Source: Bacteroidota bacterium
GTDB taxonomy: Bacteria; Bacteroidota; Bacteroidia; AKYH767-A; OLB10
Direction of reading: 5' to 3'
NCBI GenBank assembly: GCA_016717725.1
Contig: JADKFA010000002.1
Span: forward strand, 78,226 to 142,225
DNA length: 64,000 nt
Shown here: one piece after another, positions 8,484 to 19,838 of the stretch
Layout: each line of letters opens with the position of its first letter
Position numbering within the stretch: position 1 is the first letter of the stretch
The notes under the pieces: model-generated
Databases searched by the model: none
What the model saw: the letters and a program-made list of their open reading frames with translations, nothing else
Told to the model about the DNA's origin: nothing
Program-made: the position numbers and the translations under genes

Positions 8484-9702
8484 ATGATAAAACGAATTGT
8501 AATATTAATTCTACTGCTAACTCCATCCATTGGAAAATCTCAATCCATGTATTTTCCACCACTCCTCGGAAATACGTGGGATACACTTTCTCCTGCCTCT
8601 TTAGGATGGTGTGAGCCCCAAATAGATTCTTTGCTCGATTATTTAGAAGCTAAAAATTCGAAAGCATTTATTTTATTGAAGGATGGTAAGATTGTGATCG
8701 AAAAGTATTTCGGAACGTTTACGATGGATAGCGTTTGGTACTGGGCATCGGCAGGTAAAACGTTAACCGGTTTTACGATGGGAATTGCACAGCAAGAGGG
8801 ATTACTTTCTATTCAAGATACTACATCCGATTATTTAGGTAATGGCTGGACCGTTTGTCCACCATTAAAGGAGGAAAAAATTACAATTCGACATCAACTC
8901 ACCATGAGTTCTGGACTCGATGATGGTGTTCCTGATCATTATTGTACGCTTGATACTTGTTTGAAATACTTGGCCGATGCGGGTACGCGCTGGGCTTATC
9001 ATAACGGTCCCTATACTTTATTGGATAGTGTCATTGAATCAGCAACCGGGCAATCATTGAATAGTTATATCACGCAGAAAATAAAAATCCAACAGGAATG
9101 ACCGGTGCATTTTTTCCAAGTGGATACAATAATGTGTTCTTCAGTAAACCGAGAAGCATGGCACGATTTGGATTACTGATGTTGAATCAAGGGAATTGGA
9201 ATGGCAATCAAATTTTAACCGACACTAATTATTTTCAACAAATGGTGAATAGTTCGCAAACATTAAATCCTTCTTATGGTTATTTAACATGGCTCAATGG
9301 GAAATCATCATTTATGGTTCCTGGATTGCAGTTTAATTTTCCAGGTTCATTCAGTCCAAATGCGCCAAGTGATATGATTGCGGCACTCGGGAAGGATGGG
9401 CAAATCATCAACATAGTACCTTCACAAAATTTAGTTTATATCCGAATGGGAAATGCTCCCGGCGCTGGTGAGGTGCCTTTTACTTTCCTAATCCATTTCA
9501 AGAAGTAGTAACTATTCAGAACAAAACTCAAGGTAGAGTAGAAGTAATTCTGATGGATGTAACCGGAAAGAGAATGTTTTCTAAGTTCTTCAATGATGCA
9601 GAATTCAACTTGAATTTGAGCGATTTTTCAAATGGAATGTACCTAATAAAATTAAATTCAACTGATGGGAAATCGTTAGTAAAACGTATTGTTAAGAATT
9701 GA
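8484..9702 (+). CDS. beta-lactamase-family serine hydrolase fused to a T9SS type-A C-terminal sorting domain, interrupted by two frameshifts
   Basis: SxxK motif ASAGKT. ORF 8484..9101 continues in ORF 9098..9508 after a shift in the AAAATAAAAAT run at about 9080-9100. The Por-secretion tail (FPNPFQEVVTIQNK...GMYLIKLNSTDGKSLVKRIVKN*) is in a third frame, 9480-9702. Confidence 0.6.
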
Positions 9703-9849
9703 GTTTTGATTGATCTAAGAATGAAGTTTTCTTGATAAGTAATAGTTGATCTTTTTTTATTGGTTGTGATTTCGCAAAGTGATTTATTTTGCTGTTTGGA
9801 AAGAACTTATTACTTTAGTAGAATTAAATTCAATCTTTAATACCTGATC

Positions 9850-12025
9850 ATGATGAAATCACTGTTGTTTATTATTGGATTTCTGTTTTTGCAAATTCAA
9901 GTGGATGCGCAATGCAAAAAGATTTATTCTTTTGATACCGATCAATTCGGTGGTCCCTCTGCTAATGTAAAGTTCAATGGTAAACTTGTATTTAGTGCTT
10001 TTGATCCCTTACATGGCCGCGAACTTTGGTGTACAGATGGTACGGAGAGTGGCACTTTCATGATTAAAGATATTTGGACAGGAACAAATAGTGGAATTAG
10101 TGATTATTTTTCATACACTGCTTTTGTTCACAATAATATTCTTTATTTCAGAGGCGATAATGGTGTGCATGGTGTGGAGTTATGGAGAAGTGACGGAACC
10201 ACGGTTGGAACTTATATGATCAGTGATCTCGCTTCAGGACCAACCAGCTCTGCTCCCGGTGAATTTGCAGGCGTCGATTCTATCGTGTATTTTACTGCAA
10301 ATACAGGAAGTCAACTCTGGAGAACGAACGGAACAGCCTCAGGTACTTATTCATTAATGAGTTTTAATGTTGTTCGAGGACTCTTTGGATTTAATGGGAA
10401 ATTATATTTTTCTGCCGATCAAAATAATACGGGAGAAGAATTATGGAGAAGTAATGGAACCGTAAATGGAACTTTTTTATTGAAGGATTTGAATGGTGTT
10501 GTTGGAACATCGCTTCCTTGTAATTTTTATAAAACAACCAGCACTCTTTTTTTTACGGCGGTTACCAACGATGGTTGGGAATTGTGGAAGACAGATGGTA
10601 CCAACTCAGGTACCGTTATGGTGAAAGATATATTTCCAGGGGGCAACGGTGGCGTGATGGATACTTATTCTGAAAAATATTTTAGTCATATTGGTGACAC
10701 ACTTTATTTTGCAGCGAAAGATAATAACAGTGGTTACCAGCTTTGGCGATCGGATGGTACTGGAGCAGGAACAGTAGCTATATCTAATGTGCCAAATGGA
10801 ATCTTATTAACCAGCCCATTTTCAATTGTGGAAGGTAATGTAGCTTTTTATAGTTTTTATTCTGATCGTTTTTGGATGTATTCACCGAGTTTGGATTCGT
10901 CTTATTTAACCAATTATCCTGCATTCTACGCGTTAAACTTATATCCTCAAAAATATTTGTTCTTTGGTTCGAATTTATACTATGCAACTAAAGATACATT
11001 GTACGGAGCTGAAGTATGGATATCGGATGGCGTAAATCCCTCGAAGCGTTTGCAAGAAACTCATTTAGTCGATAATTGGTATCCAGGAATACCTCTCGGA
11101 TTTAATTCGATACTGGGTACAGTAGGAAGTAAATTAGTTTTATCTCAAGCCCGGAATCCATACGATGTTAGAATTCCATTTTTCGTTTATGATACATTAA
11201 CTGCAAATACCTGTTTCCCTCCGTCTGTTATTGTAGGCGTCCCTGTTACGAGTACAACCATGCATTTGGTTTGGAATAGAGTGGAAGAAACAACAACTTA
11301 CCAAATTCGGTATAAGAAGTCGACTGATCTTATTTGGACTTTTGCCTCTACTAAAAAAAAGTTATTACTATTTGAATAATCTAGACAGTACTGCAATTTA
11401 TAATTTTCAATTAACGACTAATTGTTCAGGAGTAATTTCTGCATGGTCTGATACTATTTTCTATCAACCAACTTTTTTAGGAAACAATAATAATTATTTA
11501 AATCTATTGGCGGAAAGAGAAGAAGATTCTACCACGGTCCGACTCTATTGGTTAAAAACAAATCTAATTACGAAGGTTCAGTTTAGGTATCGTCCTTATG
11601 GCACCACTTCTTGGACTTATTCCACAAGCAATAATGGATACAAACGATTAACCGGTCTTACGCCCAACACTTTTTATGAATATACATATCGTGAAGAAAT
11701 CAATGGCATTTGGAACACTTGGTACTTCGGTTCTTTTTACTTTAATACTTCGGGCAGCACCACCACTTCTATCTATGAACCATTCACCGATCTAGATATT
11801 TCAATTTTCCCCAACCCCACATCCGATCTCCTTCACATCAAATTCTCCGACCAAAAAAATTATCAATTGAAATTATTGGATGTAGCAGGTAGAGTACTAA
11901 AAATTTACGATAACCTAAATACCGAAACACAAATTTCAACAAGTAGTTTACGTAGTGGAATTTATCTCCTGCAATTTACGAACGACGATGGACTTGTTTA
12001 CACGCAAAAAGTTTTAGTAAAATAG
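9850..12025 (+). CDS. ELWxxDGT-repeat beta-propeller protein with fibronectin-III-like domains and T9SS type-A C-terminal domain, with one frameshift in an A8 run at about 11353
   Basis: Repeated GxELWxSDGTxxGTxxxKDI units. ORF 9850..11379 and ORF 11342..12025 are separated only by the aaaaaaaa run. The C-terminus has FPNPTSDLLHIKF...GIYLLQF, a T9SS sorting domain. Confidence 0.7.
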
Positions 12026-12045
12026 AGAACGTACACGCTCTTTTG

Positions 12046-12118
12046 CTGCTAGCCCTGCAGTAGTGCATTTCATGCTGACTGCAGGGTAAACTTCTGGCTG
12101 CAAGCTTCTTGTTTTTTT
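12046..12118 (+). terminator. putative hairpin plus T-run terminator
   Basis: CCCTGCAGT...ACTGCAGGG stem at 12048-12082, then CTTGTTTTTTTTC. Spacing to the T-run is long, so weak. Confidence 0.3.
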
Positions 12119-12237
12119 TCGTGGCGAATTAATTCTAACTCCGAAAAGTATTATTTAGACCTATGCGTCCCTTGCGCCTCCCCCGCGTTCCTAGCGGTTA
12201 AATTATCTGTACTTTAAATGCTAGAATTCTATCTTCG

Positions 12238-12306
12238 TAAATTCGTGATTTCGGAGATTCGTAATTCGTACATTCGTATCGATTCGTTCCCGATAGCTAT
12301 CGGGAT
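12238..12306. repeat. ATTCGT(A) short tandem repeats followed by an 18-bp perfect palindrome TCCCGATAGCTATCGGGA
   Basis: aaattcgtgatttcggagattcgtaattcgtacattcgtatcgattcgt, then tcccgatagctatcggga at 12288-12305. Confidence 0.8.
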
Positions 12307-12323
12307 CGTAACCTAAATAAATA

Positions 12324-13517
12324 TCAAATCCTCCCCAAACTCTTCCCTAAATACTCAAACTGCTCCATCGAATTATAAGCCTGCACAGAAATTCTCAATA
12401 ATAATTTTGGATTGTTTTTATCAAAGTAAAATACCGGAACCTGAATTTTATATTCATCCATCAGTCTCTGTTTTAACGGTGTGATCATATTGAAAAAATT
12501 GGATGGCGTTTCAGGATTATTTTGTACCGGAATACTCGCCAAATGTCCAATCATAGAATCAGGAGTAGGGATTTCAATATTCAATTTTTCGCAAATTAAT
12601 TTTCTGGCTACTAAACAAAGTTCTCGATTGTTTTTTCGTAACTCTTTCCAGGTACCAAAAATAGTTTCCATGTATCGTATGCTGTCTTTTAAGAGTAGAT
12701 ACGAGCTATAGTCGTCTGTGCCCGGCCATGTAAACTGGGCACTCCAATGCGCATCGGTACCTTCGTATAAATCGTTGTAATGTGAAATTTGTAAGGGACG
12801 AATTTTATGCTGCTTGTCTTTTCGAACATACATCAAAGCAGATCCTCGCGGACTACAAATCCATTTGTGACCATTGCCAATGTAGTAGCTGGCACCTAAA
12901 CTTTCAATATTTAAATCAATCATTCCAGGAGCATGCGCACCATCAATGAGTACTTCAATTCCTCTGGATTCTAACGCTTGTGTAAGTTTTTCAACAGGAA
13001 AAATAATTCCGGTTGCAGAAGTGATATGATCTAACAAAACAAATTTTGTTTTACTTGTAACTTGATTTAAAATTGCATTCGTTATTTCATCTTCACTCGA
13101 AATGGGAAATGGAATTTCGGCAACAACTAATTTGCATTTGTGTTTTTCGGCAAAGTATTTCAAAACATTTACACAAGCACCGTAGGCATGACTATGGGTT
13201 AGCAATTCATCTCCTGCTTCAAAGGAAAGAGAATTCAAAATGGTATTCGCTCCCGAAGTAGTATTTTTCATTAACACTAAATCATTCGCATTACAACCAA
13301 CAAATTGAGCTAAGGCATTTTTATTTTCAATATATCTCGCTTCAAAATCCGTTACCAATTCTTGGATAGGATCCAGCTCGGTGCGATGTTTTATTTGCGT
13401 TTGCAAATCAAGAATAGCCGTCGGACAAGATCCAAAGGAACCATGATTCAGAAAAACAATATTCTTATCGTGATTCCAATGTTTTTCATGGATAGAGTAG
13501 GGTGGAAGTGAAGTCAT
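12324..13517 (-). CDS. class V aminotransferase (isopenicillin-N epimerase / cysteine desulfurase-like, PLP-dependent)
   Basis: 397 aa. N-terminal LNHGSFGSCP and SATGIIFPV...IDGAHAPGMIDLN, with the IGNGHKW lysine region typical of aminotransferase class V. Confidence 0.8.
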   Translation of the reverse strand: MTSLPPYSIHEKHWNHDKNIVFLNHGSFGSCPTAILDLQTQIKHRTELDPIQELVTDFEARYIENKNALAQFVGCNANDLVLMKNTTSGANTILNSLSFEAGDELLTHSHAYGACVNVLKYFAEKHKCKLVVAEIPFPISSEDEITNAILNQVTSKTKFVLLDHITSATGIIFPVEKLTQALESRGIEVLIDGAHAPGMIDLNIESLGASYYIGNGHKWICSPRGSALMYVRKDKQHKIRPLQISHYNDLYEGTDAHWSAQFTWPGTDDYSSYLLLKDSIRYMETIFGTWKELRKNNRELCLVARKLICEKLNIEIPTPDSMIGHLASIPVQNNPETPSNFFNMITPLKQRLMDEYKIQVPVFYFDKNNPKLLLRISVQAYNSMEQFEYLGKSLGRI

Positions 13518-13659
13518 TTGTTGTGCAATTAAATCAAAGATAGTCGGATTTTAAATTTTTGGAGTATTTATGATTATGGGCCGCTGATTTTTTATGATGA
13601 TTAAGATTTTTTATGATAAAATCGTTCGCTTTTTAAATGTGGTGAGGATTCAATGCAGC

Positions 13660-13862
13660 AATCCCTTATCGCGAAGCCTCGTGACACCATCCCGATAGCT
13701 ATCGGGACACCATCGCGAAGCCTCGCGACACAAACTCACCAGCATGTCAACTCATCAACTTACCAACATGCCAACTCACCATCCCGATAGCTATCGGGAC
13801 ACCAACTTGCCATCCCGATAGCTATCGGGACACCAACTTACCAATTTGCCAATTCCAGCATG
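13660..13862. repeat. composite repeat block: two copies of the ATCGCGAAGCCTCG(C/T)GACA hairpin, three copies of ATCCCGATAGCTATCGGGAC, and CAACTyACCAA units
   Basis: Palindrome copies at 13689-13708, 13781-13800 and 13812-13831. Hairpin elements at 13667-13686 and 13713-13732. Confidence 0.9.
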
Positions 13863-15138
13863 TTCCCATCCAAAAACCCTATCTTTGCCTAAAATCAACA
13901 CCCCCACCCCCTTGTCAGATCTCAACCTTGTCGTTTCCACCTATGCTGGACTCGAGGACATCCTCGCCGAAGAAATTCATGCCCTCGGTGGACGTGAAAT
14001 TGAAGTGCATACTCGCGCCGTATCTTGCATTGGAGATAAAGGCTTTATGTACAAGGCGAATTTTTCTTTGCGCACGGCCTTAAAGGTGATGGTGAAGCTA
14101 TCTTCTTTTCCGATTCATACTGTTGTGGATTTGTACGACGGAGTTGCAGCGGTTGATTGGACCCAGTTCATGAAATTGGAGCAAACTTTTGCAGTTCGTT
14201 GTATTTTGAATTCTGATCTCTTCGATAATAATTTGTATCCTGCGCTAAAAGCAAAGGATGCCATCGCCGATCAATTCAGAAAGAATCAAGGATCACGTCC
14301 TAACGTGGAAAAAAATGATCCCGATTTGGAAGTGGTCGTTTTTATTTCTGGTGAAAAATGTCAGTTGTTGATTAATTCATCGGGTACATCCTTGCATCAA
14401 CGTGGCTATCGAAAAGAAGTAGATAAAGCCCCACTAAGTGAAGTGATGGCTGCTGGTATCATCATGCTGAGTGGTTGGGAACCCCACATTCCATTAATTG
14501 ATTTTATGTGTGGCTCTGGGACGATTCCCATTGAAGCGGCATTGATAGCAGCTAAAATACCACCTGGAACTTTTCGTAAGTCGTTCGCTTTTGAAAAGTG
14601 GCTCGACTTCGACGAAGAATTGTTTAAACTCATTCGTGAAAAGCAATTGGAACGAATCGTTGAATCGGAAGTAAAAATTTATGCAAACGAATTGAATCGC
14701 TATGTGTTTTTAAAGGCTATCGAAAATGTGGAGTCGGCAGGTGTAGAAGATATGGTGAAATTATCATGTGGCGATTTTCGTGATTTTGAACACGAGGAAA
14801 AAAGAGCATTTATTATCATCAACCCTCCTTATGGAGAGAAATTGGAAGTAGATGACTTAGAAAAGTTATATGCCGCATTAGGAGAAAGATTAAAACATCA
14901 TTACGCTGGTTGTAAAGCATGGATTTTTACAGGGAGTCCTGAAGGTGCTAGAGCCATTGGATTACGTCCTAATCGTAAAATGAAACTTTTTAACGGACCA
15001 CTTGAATGTCGATTGCTAGGCTATGATTTATTCGAAGGAAAAAAGAGCGAGCGCTATTTGAAAAATCAACCTATTGAAGAAAGTCAAGTAAAGGGAAAGA
15101 ATCAGGATATAGAAGATACTCCAAATGAAGAAGAATAA
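13846..15138 (+). CDS. THUMP-domain class I SAM-dependent RNA (guanine-N2/adenine-N6-type) methyltransferase (RlmL/YcbY-like, COG0116)
   Basis: THUMP-like N-terminus (VVSTYAGLEDILAEEI), SAM motif DFMCGSGTI and NPPYGE motif IV. The start is uncertain. The TTG at 13846 lies inside the repeat block. TTG at 13912 (MSDLNLVV) is an alternative. Confidence 0.75.
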   Translation: MPIPACSHPKTLSLPKINTPTPLSDLNLVVSTYAGLEDILAEEIHALGGREIEVHTRAVSCIGDKGFMYKANFSLRTALKVMVKLSSFPIHTVVDLYDGVAAVDWTQFMKLEQTFAVRCILNSDLFDNNLYPALKAKDAIADQFRKNQGSRPNVEKNDPDLEVVVFISGEKCQLLINSSGTSLHQRGYRKEVDKAPLSEVMAAGIIMLSGWEPHIPLIDFMCGSGTIPIEAALIAAKIPPGTFRKSFAFEKWLDFDEELFKLIREKQLERIVESEVKIYANELNRYVFLKAIENVESAGVEDMVKLSCGDFRDFEHEEKRAFIIINPPYGEKLEVDDLEKLYAALGERLKHHYAGCKAWIFTGSPEGARAIGLRPNRKMKLFNGPLECRLLGYDLFEGKKSERYLKNQPIEESQVKGKNQDIEDTPNEEE

Positions 15139-15200
15139 GTTTATTCGCTATTTATTTTGGTAAGCAATTAAAATCGTCAATAAATAAGGAATTTAATCAT

Positions 15201-15255
15201 TAAAAAAGCCAATTCAATTTAGCTTTACTAAATCGAATTGGCTTAATAGTTTTTA
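15201..15255. terminator. bidirectional rho-independent terminator between convergent genes
   Basis: AGCCAATTCAATTTAG...CTAAATCGAATTGGCT stem, flanked by an A-run on one side and TAATAGTTTTT on the other. Confidence 0.6.
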
Positions 15256-15266
15256 ATAACTAATAA

Positions 15267-16085
15267 CTAATCTTTATCAAGAATATTTGCATCTACTAAA
15301 ATTCTACCGCAATGTTCGCAAACAATAACTTTTTTGCGTTGACGAATATCCAATTGACGTTGTGGTGGAATTTTATTGAAACATCCTCCGCAAGCATCAC
15401 GTGTAATAGAAACTACACCTAAACCATTGATTGCATTTTCACGAATACGTTTGTAAGCCGTTAATAAACGTGCTTCAATAATATCCGATGCTTTGTTTGA
15501 TTCTGTTGATAATTCTAACTCTTCTTTCTCGGTCTCAGCAATGATGGAATCTAACTCACTTTTCTTGTTTGTTAAATCAATTTTGCGTCCTTCTAAAGTA
15601 GATTCAGAGGCATCTAAAATTTGCTTCTTTGCAGCTAAATCAGCAGTGTATTCTTTGATACGCTTTTCACACAATTGAATTTCCAATTGCTGATATTCTA
15701 ATTCTTTGTTTAAAGAATCGAATTCGCGATTGTTTTTAACTGCGTTTTGTTGCGTCTGGTATTTTTTAATTAACGCCTGTGAATCTTTAATCGAATTTTT
15801 CTTAGCCTTGATTTGATCATCAATAGCTTTTACTTCTTCCGCATAATTGTTGATTCGCGTTTGTAAGCCTGCAATCTCATCTTCCAAATCACTCACTTCC
15901 ATCGGTAACTCTCCGCGAGTGATGCGAATGCGATCAACCTGACTGTCGATTAATTGTAGTTGATACAATGCACGAAGTTTGTCTTCTATGGTATTGTCTC
16001 CTTTGTCAATGCTTCGAACAATGGGCGTTGGCTTTTTGGGAGCTTCAGCAACTGGTACTTCTTCTTTTATTTTTTTAGCAGCCAT
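15267..16085 (-). CDS. zinc-ribbon domain protein (COG1579 / DUF164 family, coiled-coil plus C-terminal CxxC...CxxC)
   Basis: 272 aa. Long coiled-coil. C-terminal CGGCFNKIPPQ...CEHCGRIL. Confidence 0.75.
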   Translation of the reverse strand: MAAKKIKEEVPVAEAPKKPTPIVRSIDKGDNTIEDKLRALYQLQLIDSQVDRIRITRGELPMEVSDLEDEIAGLQTRINNYAEEVKAIDDQIKAKKNSIKDSQALIKKYQTQQNAVKNNREFDSLNKELEYQQLEIQLCEKRIKEYTADLAAKKQILDASESTLEGRKIDLTNKKSELDSIIAETEKEELELSTESNKASDIIEARLLTAYKRIRENAINGLGVVSITRDACGGCFNKIPPQRQLDIRQRKKVIVCEHCGRILVDANILDKD

Positions 16086-16087
16086 TT

Positions 16088-17205
16088 TTAGTGGTAGTAA
16101 ATTGGATTGGTGTTTGTCTCCGTGAATAGGACGGCAAAGGTAGTGAATTTTTCCCTTAGGTAATCACCAATTAGGTTGATTGTAAATTGCTCAGTTTCAA
16201 AGTGTCCGATGTCTGCGATGATGATTTTGTTTTCAGCATCAAAGAACTGATGGTATTTAAAGTCGGCCGATATAAATATATCCGCTTTGGCTTTTATAGC
16301 ATCATTCAGCAAGAAACTCCCTGATCCTCCGCAAACTGCAACCGTTTTAATGTCTTTTTTGATAAGGGCCGTATGTCGAACAATTTTAGCTTTCATTCGG
16401 TCTTTGATTAGATTCAGAAAATCTTCTGTTTTGATGGGTTTTTCCAGCTCTCCAACCATACCCGCACCAATATGTGTATGTAAATTGGTTAAAGAGTAAG
16501 TGTCGTATGCAACTTCTTCATAAGGATGTGCACTCTTCAAAGCCAAAAGTATCTCCTTCTCTTTCCAATTTGGATAAATGACTTCTATTCGCTCTTCTTT
16601 TTCCAAATGGCGCTCTCCTTTTTGTCCTACATAGGGTTCACTGAGTTCATTGCCTTTGAAACTTCCATCTCCCGAAACACTAAAACTACATTCACTATAA
16701 TTTCCAATATGCCCAGCTCCAGCATTGAAAATTGCATTTTTTACGACATCAGCCGAAGCTAATGGTGTAAAAGTGACCAGCTTTTTTAACTGATTTCCCA
16801 TGGGTGCCAAGATGCGGGTTTTTTGTATGCCCAATTGCTCACAAATTCGGGCATTTACACCTTGAGCTACATTGTCTAAATTAGTATGAATGGCATAAAT
16901 AGCAATGTTATTTTGGATGGCTTTTATAATAACACGTTCAATGTAACTACTTCCTGTAATCTTTTTAATCCTGAAAAAACGATGGGGTGATGAGCTATTA
17001 CCAAATTACATCCTCTTCGAATGGCTTCGTCAATTACCGCTTCTGTGGAGTCTAAACAAATCAAAGCAGACTGAATAGTCATACTAGGATCACCTGTAAT
17101 CAATCCCGAATTGTCGTACGATTCCTGTAAACGTAGTGGAGCTAAGCGCTCTAGTTCTTGAATTATTTCTTGTAGTGAAAGCATTTTGGCTGTATAAGGA
17201 GTCAA
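16088..17205 (-). CDS. Nif3-like dinuclear metal-centre protein (YqfO/YbgI family), interrupted by a frameshift at about 16835-16980
   Basis: The N-terminal fragment is ORF 16924..17205 (NSGLITGD, LVIAHHPIVF). The C-terminal fragment is ORF 16088..16834 (AVCGGSGS, ADIGHFETE). A gaaaaaac run at 16973-16978 is the likely indel site. Confidence 0.75.
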
Positions 17206-17244
17206 ATTTACACAATGGGTTGGGATATTGATTAATTTTGACCC

Positions 17245-18321
17245 ATGCGAATGCTCTTGCTTCCCTTCAGTTGGATCTACGGAATGATTATTCGTGTTCG
17301 CAATTTGGCTTTCGATATCGGATGTTTGAAATCAACATCTTTTAATATTCCTATCATCAATATCGGAAATTTATCGGTCGGTGGAACAGGAAAATCTCCC
17401 ATGGCGTTGTATTTAGCTCAATTACTTTCTGAAAAGTATAAAGTGGCTATTTTGAGTCGAGGTTATGGTCGAATTACTAAAGGATTTAAATGGGTTAATT
17501 CTCAAAGTACAGCTCGAGAAGTAGGTGATGAACCTATGCAATATTTTTATTCGGGACTTCCTTTGATGGTGGCTGTGTGTGAAAAGAGAGTAGACGGCGT
17601 GAATGAATTACTGAAAAGTGAAAATCCACCCGATGTAATTATTTTAGATGATGCCTTCCAACATCGATATATTAAACCCGGATTTAACATTCTTTTAAGC
17701 GATGTGAGTCAACCATTTTATAATGATGTTATGTTACCTGCTGGAAATTTAAGAGAGCCAAAAAGTGAGAGTAGGAGGGCAGATGCAATTGTTTTTACCA
17801 AATGTAATCCATCCTTAGAAAGAGCAGCACAAGAAGTAGTAACATCAAAAGTTAAATTGACAACTAAGCAAAGTCTACACTTTTCGTATATCCATTACCG
17901 TGAGGAGTTGTTGGGGATGGATGGATCTTCACTGCAGATACAATCCTTGAAATCAAAGAGCGTTTTTCTCTTTTGTGGTATTGCCAACCCATCTCCCCTA
18001 AAACAGTTTATAGAGGAAAATTGTGATCAATTAAAAACCAAGTTTTTCCCCGATCATCATGATTTTTCGGTAGCAGATGCCATTCAACTGAAGAGTGAAT
18101 TTTTAAGATTCGCAAAAACATCTGACCAACCCCATATTTTAGTCACTACACGTAAAGATCAAATGCGTTTAATGAATAAGGAAATTCAATACCATCTAAA
18201 GGAATTACCTCTTTATGTGGTTGATATAGAGGTGAAATTTTTACCAACTACAAAAAGTAAATTAGATGAATTGGTCTTGAATTTTGTTTCAAAGGCTCCA
18301 AGAAGCAAGGATTCAATTTAG
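17245..18321 (+). CDS. lpxK: tetraacyldisaccharide 4'-kinase
   Basis: 358 aa. Walker-A NLSVGGTGKSP, ILSRGYGR. Confidence 0.85.
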   Translation: MRMLLLPFSWIYGMIIRVRNLAFDIGCLKSTSFNIPIINIGNLSVGGTGKSPMALYLAQLLSEKYKVAILSRGYGRITKGFKWVNSQSTAREVGDEPMQYFYSGLPLMVAVCEKRVDGVNELLKSENPPDVIILDDAFQHRYIKPGFNILLSDVSQPFYNDVMLPAGNLREPKSESRRADAIVFTKCNPSLERAAQEVVTSKVKLTTKQSLHFSYIHYREELLGMDGSSLQIQSLKSKSVFLFCGIANPSPLKQFIEENCDQLKTKFFPDHHDFSVADAIQLKSEFLRFAKTSDQPHILVTTRKDQMRLMNKEIQYHLKELPLYVVDIEVKFLPTTKSKLDELVLNFVSKAPRSKDSI

Positions 18322-18407
18322 TGAGATTTAATAAATTAAGAATTGTACACGCTGATGATGGAATTCATAGATTTTAATTTTATCTTAGCCTTCACATATA
18401 CAAAACC

Positions 18408-19838
18408 ATGAAACCACTAATTACAAAAATTATCATTCTGTTTACTATTTTACTTTCTTATTCGATTGAATCGGAAGCACAAGGGACTTATACCTCCCAA
18501 AATATTAATCTTCTTTCCGTTTGGGACAATCTAAATGTACCTGCAGAGCCAGGCTATGGCATCCGTTACAATGGAATATGGGGTTGGGATGACGGTTTAG
18601 GTCATGAATATGCACTTCTTGGTGCTACAAATGGAGTTTATTTCATTGATATTACGAATCCAGCTCTACCCGTGGAAGCGGATTTTGTGCCTGGCCAACG
18701 TGATTCATGCATCTGGAGAGAAATTAAAACATATGATCACTACGCCTACTTAGTTTCTGACGATGGAGCGCCCAATAGTTTTCAAATTGTGGATTTGCAA
18801 TATCTTCCTGATTCGGTAAGCGTTGTTTATGACGGTACTTCTATCTTCGAAAGATCACATACTATTTTCGTGGATGGAGATAAACTTTATACAGGTACTG
18901 TGAAAGGAGGGCAATTTTCAAGTACCGCTGCTCTAGCTGTTTTTAGTTTGACCAATCCCGTACAACCTACCTTGCTTAGAAAGTTAAATACCGATTACCC
19001 AAGTTTATTAAATAGTAATCAGGTGCATGATATGTATGTGCGTAACGATACGGTTTATGCTTCTTGTGGTTATGATGGATTATTCCTTTTTAAATATAAT
19101 ACAGTTGCAAATAATTTTACTTTGTCAGGATCCCTCACTACTTACCCATCTCAAGGTTATAATCATAGCAGCGCATTAACTGATGATGGGTCTACGTTGG
19201 TCTTTATGGATGAAGTTCCAAATGGCTTACCTGTTAAAGTGTTAGATGTAACTGATTTTTCTAATTTAACGATGAAATCTACTTTCAGTAGTAACGTGGG
19301 TCCCACTCCGCACAATCCCTTTATGGTAGGTACTACCTGTTACATCGCTTATTACCAAGATGGATTGCAAGTGTACGATGTAAGTATTCCTACTGCGCCA
19401 GTTCGTATAGGATATTTTGATACTCATAATCAAACTGCTTTCGGAGGTCCTTATCCATCTCCAGCTTATCAAGGCGCTTGGGGTGCTTATCCTTATTTTC
19501 CTAGTGGAAATGTAATTGTTTCCGATATGCAAAATGGGTTGTTTGTTTTGGATCCAAGTCCGATGTTTACTTCTATTAATGAAATTAATAATTCGAATTC
19601 CTTCTCTCTTTTTCCAAATCCATCTGCAGAAAATCAATTGGTAACTATAACATTAAATCAAACTCCAGCAGAGAATGTTCGACTAGAATTAACCGATCTT
19701 CAAGGTAAAGTAATAATGTCTGATTTGAAATCTGGCAAGAGCTTTAATTTTTCTACCAAGGGTATGTCAACTGGTTTATATTTTGTTTCCATTATTTCGA
19801 ATGATGGTCGCATCGTAAAAAAATTGATTGTTCAATAA
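18408..19838 (+). CDS. secreted beta-propeller protein (LVIVD / choice-of-anchor-B-like) with T9SS type-A C-terminal sorting domain
   Basis: Signal peptide, repeated propeller-like blocks, and C-terminal FSLFPNPSAENQLVTI...GLYFVSIISNDGRIVKKLIVQ. Confidence 0.6.
   Translation: MKPLITKIIILFTILLSYSIESEAQGTYTSQNINLLSVWDNLNVPAEPGYGIRYNGIWGWDDGLGHEYALLGATNGVYFIDITNPALPVEADFVPGQRDSCIWREIKTYDHYAYLVSDDGAPNSFQIVDLQYLPDSVSVVYDGTSIFERSHTIFVDGDKLYTGTVKGGQFSSTAALAVFSLTNPVQPTLLRKLNTDYPSLLNSNQVHDMYVRNDTVYASCGYDGLFLFKYNTVANNFTLSGSLTTYPSQGYNHSSALTDDGSTLVFMDEVPNGLPVKVLDVTDFSNLTMKSTFSSNVGPTPHNPFMVGTTCYIAYYQDGLQVYDVSIPTAPVRIGYFDTHNQTAFGGPYPSPAYQGAWGAYPYFPSGNVIVSDMQNGLFVLDPSPMFTSINEINNSNSFSLFPNPSAENQLVTITLNQTPAENVRLELTDLQGKVIMSDLKSGKSFNFSTKGMSTGLYFVSIISNDGRIVKKLIVQ

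Noticed and set aside
13660-13862. Repeat block as a mobile element, MITE or IS remnant
   Set aside because: There are no terminal inverted repeats flanking a defined unit, no target-site duplication and no transposase or integrase anywhere in the window. It is better described as a cluster of small REP-like elements.
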